Positions 28,078 to 36,132 of a DNA stretch of 38,777 bases are shown here, piece after piece (position 1 is the first letter of the stretch; each line of letters starts with the position of its first letter). A program made the translations under genes and the position numbers. The stretch spans positions 1 through 38,777 of the forward strand of contig JAISDE010000142.1 of the NCBI GenBank assembly GCA_031265035.1, read 5' to 3'. Below the pieces are notes generated by a model that saw nothing but the letters and a program-made list of their open reading frames with translations, was not told the origin of the DNA and ran no database searches. Origin of the DNA: Peptococcaceae bacterium (GTDB lineage Bacteria; Bacillota; Peptococcia; DRI-13; UBA5745).

Positions 28078-28767
28078 ATGGCGCGCCTGAATGTGAACCC
28101 CACCCGGATGGAGCAGACCAAGCTGAAAAGACGGTTGGTGACCGCCCGGCGGGGGCACAAATTGCTGAAAGACAAGCGGGACGAGTTGATGCGGCAGTTT
28201 CTGGAGATCGTCCGGCACAATCTCGCTTTGCGCAAAAAAGTAGAGGCCGCCCTGGGCAAGGCTCACCGCAGCTTTACCATCGCCAGCGCCGTGATGTCGC
28301 CGGAGATACTGGAGGAGGCCCTGATGTACCCCAAGCAAAGCGTCACCCTGGCCCTCTCCACCAAAAATATCATGTCCGTCAACGTGCCGGTATATAAGTT
28401 TCAGATGAAAAGCGACGATCCGGCGGAGATCTTCCCCTACGGCTTCGCCACCACCTCCGGCGAGTTGGACGACGCCGTGCGGGCCTTGTCCCAGACCCTC
28501 AACGATCTGCTGGAGCTGGCGCAATCGGAAAAAACGGCGCAGATGCTGGCCCAGGAGATCGAGAAGACCCGGCGGCGGGTCAACGCTCTGGAATATGTGA
28601 TGATCCCCCAGCTGGAGGAAACCATCAAGTATATCCGCATGAAGCTGGAGGAAAACGAGCGGGGCAATACCTCCCGCCTGATGAAGGTCAAGGACATGAT
28701 GCTGGAGCAGGCCCATCATTACGCCGAGCGGGAAAGCCTGCCCCTCAGCGAGGCGGTGCCGATTTAG
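28078..28767 (+). CDS. ntpD: V/A-type ATPase subunit D
   Basis: [28 protein letters not shown]. Confidence 0.95.
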   Translation: MARLNVNPTRMEQTKLKRRLVTARRGHKLLKDKRDELMRQFLEIVRHNLALRKKVEAALGKAHRSFTIASAVMSPEILEEALMYPKQSVTLALSTKNIMSVNVPVYKFQMKSDDPAEIFPYGFATTSGELDDAVRALSQTLNDLLELAQSEKTAQMLAQEIEKTRRRVNALEYVMIPQLEETIKYIRMKLEENERGNTSRLMKVKDMMLEQAHHYAERESLPLSEAVPI

Positions 28768-28828
28768 CGCGAGGCGCTAAAAGGCGCTAACGCGGCCGCC
28801 CGCCCGCGCCCCGGCCTGCCGGGGCCGC

Positions 28829-28896
28829 GAAGCGGTTTATCGCGAACCGGTTTATAAAGAACCGGTTTATGAAAGAAGCGGTTTATGAAAGAAGCG
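28829..28896. repeat. Four degenerate 15-17 bp tandem units (CGGTTTAT....GAA)
   Basis: CGGTTTATCGCGAAC / CGGTTTATAAAGAAC / CGGTTTATGAAAGAAG x2. Confidence 0.8.
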
Positions 28897-28938
28897 AAAG
28901 AGAGGCGTTATCCAGCTGACGGATATCGCCTCTCTTTC
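28896..28938. terminator. Long hairpin between convergent genes, probable bidirectional terminator
   Basis: GAAAGAGAGGCG-TTATCC / GGATAT-CGCCTCTCTTTC. Confidence 0.7.
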
Positions 28939-28943
28939 TCATT

Positions 28944-29141
28944 TTACACTTGCTTCCGCTCACTTAGCGCTTCTCTCGCGTTTGTGACGCGACGAAAACC
29001 GTACTTTCGCGCGGCCGCTTCCCCGGCTTGATTAAAATATGCCGTCCGCTCTGAGGGCGTCATATCTTTTATGGCCTCGTAGAGTTTACGACGGGTCGCG
29101 TGTATCTCGTCCAAGATGGTATCTGGTTTTCTCATCGTCAA
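28944..29141 (-). CDS. Small hypothetical protein, partner of the PIN protein
   Basis: D.ILDEIHATRRKLYEAIKDMT; overlaps the PIN gene end; start may be 29135. Confidence 0.7.
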   Translation of the reverse strand: MTMRKPDTILDEIHATRRKLYEAIKDMTPSERTAYFNQAGEAAARKYGFRRVTNAREALSERKQV

Positions 29142-29598
29142 TCACCCCCATTGGTGTGTTGATCTCAACTGCCCTGTAACCTAAAAGCATATTGATTGCC
29201 GCCGTGTGTTTAATCGTTCTTTCTTTTACGATATGCCGGAAGTTGAGGCTGATAATCATATCAAGATCGTTGACCGTCGCGGCGGCGATATGGCTCGCGT
29301 CAGCGAGTGAGCCTCGCGGAAGCGCCCCCTCCGAAACATAGCGTCCCGCAAGGTTATCTGTTTCATCAGTGGTAGCGAGAATTGTAATATCATATTGCTT
29401 AATCAGGCCAAGCATTTTTTCGCGCTTAATTGCCGGAGCGTCCTCAATCTCTTTGATGACATAATCCGATGTAAACGGTTCAAATTTGCCGGACAAACAT
29501 TCCTCAAACAACGTAACCGTATCGGCGTGAGCGTCTCGATCCTCATCAAAATAGTAATTGAACAAGGTTGTTTCCAAGTATATTTTTTGCTTCCTCAT
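29086..29598 (-). CDS. PIN-domain protein (VapC-like nuclease)
   Basis: IYLETT, TSDYVIKEI, DASHIAAA, ISLNFRH. Confidence 0.85.
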   Translation of the reverse strand: MRKQKIYLETTLFNYYFDEDRDAHADTVTLFEECLSGKFEPFTSDYVIKEIEDAPAIKREKMLGLIKQYDITILATTDETDNLAGRYVSEGALPRGSLADASHIAAATVNDLDMIISLNFRHIVKERTIKHTAAINMLLGYRAVEINTPMGVIDDEKTRYHLGRDTRDPS

Positions 29599-29742
29599 AA
29601 ACGATTATCTCCCCGTCGGTTTCCTCGTTTTACCCGGCGCATACCATTGCTATCATCACTATTGTAATACAAAAGGGCCATCACAACAACAGATTTTTTA
29701 GTGTCTATACTGTTATTTGCACAACTTTTAGCGTCTTTAGTC

Positions 29743-30009
29743 TCAGTCGTCATAATGACCTTTGCATTGTGATATTTCAATTTTATCGTTATTTATACGG
29801 TACACCAGGCGGTTTGTATCATCAATACGACATGACCACCACCCTGATAAATTACCCCGCAAGGGTTCCGGTTTGCCTATCCCGCCATAGCCGATTCTCA
29901 CAATATCCCGTATGATCTCATTTATACGTTTTAGCGTTTTTCTGTCTTGCGTTTGCCAGTCAAGGTAGTCATTCCATGCCCGCTCTTGAAAATCAACGCT
30001 CTTACTCAT
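29743..30009 (-). CDS. yoeB: Txe/YoeB toxin
   Basis: AWNDYLDWQTQDRKTLKRIN, GIGKPEPLRGNLSGWWS.RIDD.NRLVY, GHY. Confidence 0.95.
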   Translation of the reverse strand: MSKSVDFQERAWNDYLDWQTQDRKTLKRINEIIRDIVRIGYGGIGKPEPLRGNLSGWWSCRIDDTNRLVYRINNDKIEISQCKGHYDD

Positions 30010-30277
30010 TTTCCATAGTCTCTAATTCCTCTAACGACTTGCGGACAATGCCCCGGCCAGCGTCCATATCGGCAATAGAGGCGCGCAAAACCCGCATGTT
30101 AGCCTCACTGTAAAAGGGGTCTGTTTTTGTCGTGATCTCAAACGGGATGCCGCCTTGCCGTAGCGTTTGCCGGACAAACATATTAAAGGCCGTCGTCATA
30201 TTCAAACCCAACTCATCAAAGAGCGCGTCAACGCGGTTTTTCAAATCATCATCAATGCGTATATTGACCTGTGCCAT
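30002..30277 (-). CDS. relB: RelB/DinJ-family antitoxin
   Basis: VNIRIDDDLK..LFDELGLNMTTAFNMFVRQ....GGIPF, DPFYSEAN; overlaps yoeB. Confidence 0.9.
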   Translation of the reverse strand: MAQVNIRIDDDLKNRVDALFDELGLNMTTAFNMFVRQTLRQGGIPFEITTKTDPFYSEANMRVLRASIADMDAGRGIVRKSLEELETMENE

Positions 30278-30401
30278 GAAGCAACACCCCTTTCTTAACT
30301 ATTATATAGCTTTTTCTATACCACGTCAACATATTTTAACATTATCTGTTTTAACATTATCACAACTTTTTGCGATTAAGATGTAAATGGGCAAACGCAG
30401 C

Positions 30402-30447
30402 ATAATTACCATAATTACCATAATTACCATAATTACTTAATTACTTA
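30402..30447. repeat. 9-bp tandem repeat (CATAATTAC)x4 plus a degenerate unit
   Basis: Direct reading; TTTTAACATTATC is also duplicated at about 30334-30361. Confidence 0.9.
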
Positions 30448-30532
30448 GAGTAATCGCTAATGATTCCGAGTATTTCAATATAAATTCCGGTGTGGTATAA
30501 TTGTCGGGAGCGCCATTACGAGGAGGAATACC

Positions 30533-31408
30533 ATGAGATACAAGGACACGCTGACAACCGAGCGACTGGTTTTGCGGCCCCTTACCTCGGCCGATTTCGC
30601 GGCCGCCCACTCGTGGGGGAGCGATCTCGCCAATACCCGTTATATGCTGTGGGGACCCAACTCGGAGGAGCAGACCCGGGATTTTCTAGCGACCGCGAGA
30701 CCCGGCAAGGATTTCGCCGTGGTCTTGAGGGATTCCGGCCAGGTGATAGGCAGCTGCGGTATCTATCCCGATCCGGCGGGGGATACGGGCGAGTTGGGCT
30801 GGATTCTCCATAAAGACCATTGGAAGCGGGGCTTTGGTACGGAGTTGGGCAGCGAGCTGCTGAGTTACGGCTTCAACGACTTGAGGCTACGCCGCGTCTG
30901 CGCCCCGTGCGCCGCAGTGAATTACGGCTCCTACAGGGTGATGGAGCGAAACGGTATGCGCCGCGAGGCAGTCCGCGTCAAGGCGTTTTGGGATCGGGTC
31001 GATAAGGAGTGGATTGACGAGGCGGAATACGCCCTGCTGGCGGAAGAATATTTTACGCCCAAGTGCCCGCCCGGGGGGCAGGCGGGCGGGGCTGAGGGCA
31101 GGTACGCCGTAATAACAACAGCATGCGCCGATACTGAGGAGGCCGGGAAAATAGCGACGATCCTTTTGGAGGGGGAACTGGCGGCTTGCGTCCAATTTTT
31201 CCCCGTCAGCAGCCGTTATGTTTGGCAAGGCGAGACCCGGGCGGACAATGAGACGCTGCTGTTCATCAAGTGCCGCCGGGACAAATATGCCGCTATTGAG
31301 AGGGCGATTCTGGCAAACCACAGCTACGAGCTGCCGGAAATCCTGCTGACGCCTGTCGCGGGCGGCCATCAGCGATATTTGGGCTGGATTGACAAAGACG
31401 ATAAGTGA
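30533..31408 (+). CDS. RimJ/RimL-type GNAT acetyltransferase fused to a CutA domain
   Basis: TERLVLRP, ELGWIL...WKRGFG, N.GSYRVMERNGMRRE; then LAACVQ...S.YVWQG....E.LLFIK, NHSYELPEI, YLGWI; GAGGAGG RBS. Confidence 0.88.
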   Translation: MRYKDTLTTERLVLRPLTSADFAAAHSWGSDLANTRYMLWGPNSEEQTRDFLATARPGKDFAVVLRDSGQVIGSCGIYPDPAGDTGELGWILHKDHWKRGFGTELGSELLSYGFNDLRLRRVCAPCAAVNYGSYRVMERNGMRREAVRVKAFWDRVDKEWIDEAEYALLAEEYFTPKCPPGGQAGGAEGRYAVITTACADTEEAGKIATILLEGELAACVQFFPVSSRYVWQGETRADNETLLFIKCRRDKYAAIERAILANHSYELPEILLTPVAGGHQRYLGWIDKDDK

Positions 31409-31432
31409 AAGGGGTAAAATATATAGAGGTTA

Positions 31433-31492
31433 TCAACGGTAATCCCTTTTGAATTGTACCGTCTGTTTTACTTCGTATAGTGTATCACTCAT
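31433..31492 (-). pseudogene. Truncated YafQ-like toxin (19 codons)
   Basis: ATG overlaps the antitoxin end; MSDTLYEVKQTVQFKRDYR* matches the YafQ N-terminal T.QFK.DY pattern. Confidence 0.7.
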
Positions 31493-31766
31493 CGGCATCT
31501 AAATCATCAAAAAGCGCGTTCATATCCCTATAGCCTTTTATATTCGGGTCATGGCTGATTCTCTCGGCCTCGGCCATAGCTGCTAAAGTTACGGCGTTCG
31601 GCTGTCTTGGACGTAGGTCAAACGGCAATCCGCCAACGTTACATGATTGATGGATAAAAACCGTCACAGCTTCGGCAAGGGACAACCCATAGTGTAAGTA
31701 TACGCTCTCGGCAGTTTTTTTAACTTCCGCGTCTAATCTAATATTCAGGCTTGCGGTCTTAACCAT
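31485..31766 (-). CDS. dinJ: DinJ/RelB-family antitoxin
   Basis: KTASLNIRLD.EVK..AE....YGLSLAEAV.VF......GGLPFDL...PNAVTLAAM.E. Confidence 0.88.
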   Translation of the reverse strand: MVKTASLNIRLDAEVKKTAESVYLHYGLSLAEAVTVFIHQSCNVGGLPFDLRPRQPNAVTLAAMAEAERISHDPNIKGYRDMNALFDDLDADE

Positions 31767-31862
31767 TCTGGATCACCTCTTTCACCAATCATCATACAGC
31801 ATTCCGTTCACAAATGCAACCGACGAGATAAAAATTTACACCTATCCCTAACAACGCTGTCC

Positions 31863-33239
31863 CTAACAACCTCCGTTTTCGGGTTTTACGATCCAGAGGC
31901 CGGTTTTCCTCGCGCCCTCGCGCTCGACCAGCCCGGCTTTTTTCAACGCTCGGATATGAGCTTCAACATTTTTTCTGTCAAGGCCCAAGTTATCCGCGAT
32001 CTGCCCCGTGGTCACGCTTGGAGTGGCTTTCATCAGAGCCACTATTTTTTGTCTGATCTCATTTATTCCGCTATTTATTCCGCTATTTATTCCGCTACCG
32101 TTAGCGGAATAAATATTGCGCTCCGCAATGGCCTTATTATTGTCGCGAATGTGAAAGCAGACCATAAAATCATTCGTGGAAATGCGAAATTCCGGCTCCG
32201 GCAAATCGTCCGCGGCGCAGGCCGCTTTGATTTTTTCGATACCGCGCCCCCAAGCCTCAATCTGCCCTGACCGGAAAAAGGTGTTGGCGATCAGCGGGTT
32301 ATAAGGCGCTGACTTATGAGCGAGCCGCAAATTTTCCTCCGTGGTGCCGGCAGGAAGCCGCGCGTCATTGAAGATAAACACCTTGTCGTCAAAAACCTTT
32401 ATCTGCACCGGATTCATTGTTTCGTAGGCGCGATGCACAACGGCGTTCAAGACGGCTTCCCTGAGCGCGTCGCGGGGCATGGGGTAGCGATCGATCCGCT
32501 GGATACCCTCGTAGTGAATCAACCCCTTGAAGTATTTTGTGTAGATGGTATCCATCACCCGGTCGGGAATCGTAAGGATCGGCCCGGTGATCTCATCCTG
32601 ATAGATTAAGTCCGCCGCGTTTTCAAAATAACCGATCTTCACATTGCAGCCAAGTCGTAACTTCTCTGGCGTTTGGTGGAACAGCAAAACAGCGGCGTTC
32701 AGCAGATAATCGCCCTCGGTCAGTTGCAGCGCCTGAAGCAACTCCGCGTCGCTGCCCTCCACATCCTCTTGTGTAAGCCTGCCGCTCGTCACCGCTTTCT
32801 TGCGGAACGCGTCAAAGGCGTCGCGATAGAAGTCTCCGGCCTTGATATGCGGGACAGGAACGGAGTCCCATGTCTTTCCGTATTTGCCAAGCAGAAACTC
32901 ATCGAGAGCGTAGCCTGTCAGCTCCTGCGTCGTGCTACCGGAACGGTAATAATATCTGCCGCGATAGCTGATGGCGTTATGGTGCGGCGCCACTTTAATA
33001 ACGATGTAATCCTTGTCCGATTCGTGAAAGAGGTTTACATCAGTAATGATGCCCATTGAGTTGCGAATTTTATTCGGCAGATCATCCATCAGCTTCTTCG
33101 CGTTGGTCAAGCCTGCAACCTCGCCTTTATCATCGCGACCGATCTCAAGCATGCCGCCCTGCGCGTTGGCGAAGCCGCATACCCACTCAAGATATTCATC
33201 GCGCCAGGACGCTTTCCACTCAGTGTTCTGATTTTCCAA
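31863..33239 (-). CDS. Schlafen/AlbA_2 + RecG-C-like ATP-binding + HTH protein
   Basis: ENQNTEWK, GFANAQGG, REAVLNAVVHR.Y, PYNPLIA, IEAWGRG, (NSGI)x3 linker, C-terminal HTH; TTG start with GGAGG RBS. Confidence 0.88.
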   Translation of the reverse strand: MENQNTEWKASWRDEYLEWVCGFANAQGGMLEIGRDDKGEVAGLTNAKKLMDDLPNKIRNSMGIITDVNLFHESDKDYIVIKVAPHHNAISYRGRYYYRSGSTTQELTGYALDEFLLGKYGKTWDSVPVPHIKAGDFYRDAFDAFRKKAVTSGRLTQEDVEGSDAELLQALQLTEGDYLLNAAVLLFHQTPEKLRLGCNVKIGYFENAADLIYQDEITGPILTIPDRVMDTIYTKYFKGLIHYEGIQRIDRYPMPRDALREAVLNAVVHRAYETMNPVQIKVFDDKVFIFNDARLPAGTTEENLRLAHKSAPYNPLIANTFFRSGQIEAWGRGIEKIKAACAADDLPEPEFRISTNDFMVCFHIRDNNKAIAERNIYSANGSGINSGINSGINEIRQKIVALMKATPSVTTGQIADNLGLDRKNVEAHIRALKKAGLVEREGARKTGLWIVKPENGGC

Positions 33240-33431
33240 CGCGTTTCGCCTCCCGCCCGCTATTATGATCCCGTCAGCCGTCGCGACAACAATATCATAG
33301 TCGTTTACGCGACAGATTACAAGTAATTATTGAAAAGGCTCGCGTTGACTCGCGTTTGCCGCTAAGTAACTACCGCTAATTTTCGTCTAATTTTCGCAAT
33401 ATTCCGCTTTGTTTTTTCACTGCCTTTTGTC

Positions 33432-33460
33432 TTGCATTTTCCTTACCGTTTTGTTATACT
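33432..33460 (+). promoter_or_regulatory. Sigma-A promoter upstream of hemerythrin
   Basis: TTGCAT, 17 bp, TATACT with TG extension. Confidence 0.6.
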
Positions 33461-33641
33461 GTTGCTGGAAAAATGAAGAAACAAGCAAGAAAGATCTGCC
33501 GGGTAGCAGGACAAAAGCCAATACCAAAACAAAGCAAAAATCGGAGCAGCGTTGGTAGCTGAATCTACGCGAAGAACTCGGGCTAGTCAAATAATAAATC
33601 GCCTAGCCCAAAGGTCAAAGAACTGGATGGAGGTTGGCAGT

Positions 33642-34046
33642 ATGGCTTACGCATGGAGCAAAGATCTGGAGACAGGCAACGCGTTGATCGACACGCAGCA
33701 CAAGCAGCTGGTTCAGGCAATCAATGATTTGCTGGACGCCTGCGCCAGCGGCAAGGGCCGCGCCGCGATCGAAAAGACACTGGACTTTCTGACCAATTAC
33801 ACCGTCAAGCATTTTGGGGATGAGGAAAAGCTGCAGCTGGCGCACAAATATCCCGACTACGCCAATCACAAGAAGCTGCACGACGCCTTTAAGGTCACGG
33901 TGGGCGACTTGTCGCGGCAGCTAAAGGCGGAAGGCCCTACCATCATCTTGGTGGGCAAGGTCAACAGCAGTATCGGCGGCTGGCTGATCAATCACATCAA
34001 ACGGGAAGACACAAAGGTAGCCGCGCATATCCGGGCTAATGGCTGA
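33642..34046 (+). CDS. Bacteriohemerythrin
   Basis: W...LETG...ID.QH, HF..EE, HKKLH, WL.NHI..ED; start at the ATG after GGAGG. Confidence 0.93.
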   Translation: MAYAWSKDLETGNALIDTQHKQLVQAINDLLDACASGKGRAAIEKTLDFLTNYTVKHFGDEEKLQLAHKYPDYANHKKLHDAFKVTVGDLSRQLKAEGPTIILVGKVNSSIGGWLINHIKREDTKVAAHIRANG

Positions 34047-34110
34047 GGTATAAGGCGGGTAAGGAAAAGCCAAAAGAGGATTTTATACAGAAATGTCGAA
34101 TGATCATTAG

Positions 34111-34144
34111 TTGGTTTTACCAGTGATCTTGTTTGGTTTTACCA
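34111..34144. promoter_or_regulatory. Paired GntR/FadR-type operator
   Basis: TTGGTTTTACCA at 34111-34122 and 34133-34144, each containing TGGT-N3-ACCA, 22 bp apart. Confidence 0.6.
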
Positions 34145-34180
34145 AGTTATCGCGGCTTCAACTATTAAGGAGGGTTACGA

Positions 34181-35893
34181 ATGAGGAAAAAATCTTTAGC
34201 CTTATTGCTGATTACATTTTTGACACTAATGTCCCTGGCCGCTTGCGGCGGCTCCACCGGCGGCGGCGCCGTCACTCCCCCGACCGGCGGGACGACCACC
34301 ACACCGACCGACACGCCCCCGGCGACCACCGCGCCCCCGGCGACACCGTCCAATGTAGCGCCCGGCTATGAGAATATCCTGCGCCGGGCCTGGGAGACAG
34401 AGCCAGAGCACAATGATCCCCAAATCACCACAGAGTATTACGGCGTCGGTTTTCAGATCTTTGACCGCCTGGTAGAGGCTGTCTCCCAAGGCGGCGGCGT
34501 GACGGAGATTGTTCCCGGCCTGGCGGAGAGTTGGGAGATCTCCGACGATGCCCTGACCTACACCTTCCACCTGCGCCAGGGCGTCAAATTTCACAATGGC
34601 GCCGATTTCACGGCGGAGGACGTGAAATACACCTTCGAGCGGATGCTCTGGCCGGAGACCGGGGCGAGGAATCAGGACTTTATCGACCCCATCAAAGGTT
34701 CCGCCGAGGTCATGGACGGCACCACCAAGGAACTGGCGGGCCTGGAGATCGTGGACGACTACACGGTCAAGATGACCCTCAGCTCTCCCTTCGGCCCCTT
34801 TCTGGCCTCCCTGGCCACGCCAGGCTGCGGCATCTTTGATAAAGACGCCACCGAGGCCGCCGGCACGGATTTCGGCCTGATACCGGAAAAAACCCCCGGC
34901 ACCGGCGCCTATTATTTCGACAAATGGACCCGGGGCGATGAGGTTCTCGTTCGCCGCAACGACAACTATTGGCAGACGCCGCCCGAGCTGGACGGTATCT
35001 CCTGGCGGATCGTCAGGGACAACGACACTATGCGTATGATGTTTGAGGCCGGCGAGTTGGATCTGATCGACTTGGATCAGGCCGTCTCCCAGACCCCTTA
35101 TTTTATGAACTCCCCTCAATACGCCGACAATATCGTCACCGGCACCCGGGTGGGTATTTACTACTTTACTTTCAATCAGAGGATCGCCCCCTTTGAGGAT
35201 GTCCGGGTGCGCAAGGCTCTGCAAATGGCCATCGATCGCCAGGGGATCGTGGACGCCCTATACGACGGCCGGGGCCAGGCGCTTTACGGTATCCTGCCGC
35301 CAGGCGTGTCCGGCTACAATCCCAATCTGCCGGAGATCCCCTATGATCCGGAGGCGGCCAGGGCTTTGCTGGCCGAGGCCGGTTACGCCGACGGCTTTGA
35401 CATGAGCATCACCATAGTCAACAACGCCGCCGCCGACGCCCTGGCCAGAAATGAGTTGGTGCAGGCCATGCTGGGGGAGATTGGCGTCAGGGTCTCCATT
35501 GATGTAATGGACGAGGCCGCCTGGTTCGCGGTGCGGGCCGACGGCGATCTGCCTACTTACGGTCAGGTCTGGTCCGCCGACTACAACGACCCCGACAACT
35601 TTATCTACACCTTCTTCGCCCCCGACAACAGTGTCAGGCGCTCCTTCAACTTTGGCAACCAGGCCCTGTCCGACCGGGTGGTGGCCGCTCGGGCTATCAC
35701 GGACAATGCCGCCCGGATGGCGGAATACCAGGCTCTGGAGAAAGAGATCATCCAGGACGAGGCGGGCTGGATCCCCCTGTACTGCCTGGAGCACAATTTC
35801 GTCACCAGCGATCGCCTCAAGGGCTTCCAGGTCTCCTGGAACGGCTGGAGCGACGGCTGGGAATATTACGACGGCCTGCGGATCGAGAACTGA
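34181..35893 (+). CDS. oppA: Oligopeptide/dipeptide ABC transporter substrate-binding lipoprotein
   Basis: LAAC lipobox, Pro/Thr linker, PGLAESW..S.D.LTYTFHLR.GVKFH.G, GTGAY, VRKAL.MAIDR. Confidence 0.92.
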   Translation: MRKKSLALLLITFLTLMSLAACGGSTGGGAVTPPTGGTTTTPTDTPPATTAPPATPSNVAPGYENILRRAWETEPEHNDPQITTEYYGVGFQIFDRLVEAVSQGGGVTEIVPGLAESWEISDDALTYTFHLRQGVKFHNGADFTAEDVKYTFERMLWPETGARNQDFIDPIKGSAEVMDGTTKELAGLEIVDDYTVKMTLSSPFGPFLASLATPGCGIFDKDATEAAGTDFGLIPEKTPGTGAYYFDKWTRGDEVLVRRNDNYWQTPPELDGISWRIVRDNDTMRMMFEAGELDLIDLDQAVSQTPYFMNSPQYADNIVTGTRVGIYYFTFNQRIAPFEDVRVRKALQMAIDRQGIVDALYDGRGQALYGILPPGVSGYNPNLPEIPYDPEAARALLAEAGYADGFDMSITIVNNAAADALARNELVQAMLGEIGVRVSIDVMDEAAWFAVRADGDLPTYGQVWSADYNDPDNFIYTFFAPDNSVRRSFNFGNQALSDRVVAARAITDNAARMAEYQALEKEIIQDEAGWIPLYCLEHNFVTSDRLKGFQVSWNGWSDGWEYYDGLRIEN

Positions 35894-35950
35894 CGCTGGC
35901 GTCGCTGGCGTCGCTGGCGTAGCCGACGTCGCTGGCGTCGCTGGCGTCGC
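35893..35950. repeat. 9-bp tandem repeat (CGCTGGCGT), about 6 units
   Basis: Begins immediately after the oppA stop codon. Confidence 0.9.
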
Positions 35951-35994
35951 GAGTTGACAAAATTCACTACCGGCCCGGAGCCGCCGCAAACGCG

Positions 35995-36042
35995 CGGGAG
36001 GAAAGATGATCGAGGCGCCGTCCTTGCTTATCTTTCCTCCCG
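35995..36042. terminator. 13-bp perfect stem-loop between oppA and oppB (attenuator or mRNA stabiliser)
   Basis: CGGGAGGAAAGAT / ATCTTTCCTCCCG; weak U-tract. Confidence 0.55.
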
Positions 36043-36090
36043 TTATGCGGCCCCCGACCGGATGGATGAGGCCGCCAGGCTATAAAGGTA

Positions 36091-36118
36091 TGGATTCCGG
36101 GACAGGCCCGGAATGACA
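36091..36118. repeat. REP-like palindromic unit (GGATTCC...GGAATGAC type)
   Basis: TGGATTCCGGGACAGGCCCGGAATGACA resembles dRS3/SRE-type dispersed palindromes; single copy in this window. Confidence 0.55.
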
Positions 36119-36132
36119 AAAGGAGGGGCGCG

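Noticed and set aside
26905-28719. 604-aa minus-strand ORF (and similar ones at 25571-26470, 34226-35224, 38040-38630)
   Set aside because: Antisense shadows of well-supported genes, expected from high GC at third codon positions.
29595-29780. 61-aa ORF between yoeB and the PIN gene
   Set aside because: Overlaps the yoeB end and the probable PIN promoter region; no RBS or motif support.
33552-33641. c-di-AMP or c-di-GMP riboswitch, or an N-terminal extension of hemerythrin
   Set aside because: Only GCTGAATC matches the ydaO motif and the other conserved elements are missing; the RBS supports the start at 33642.
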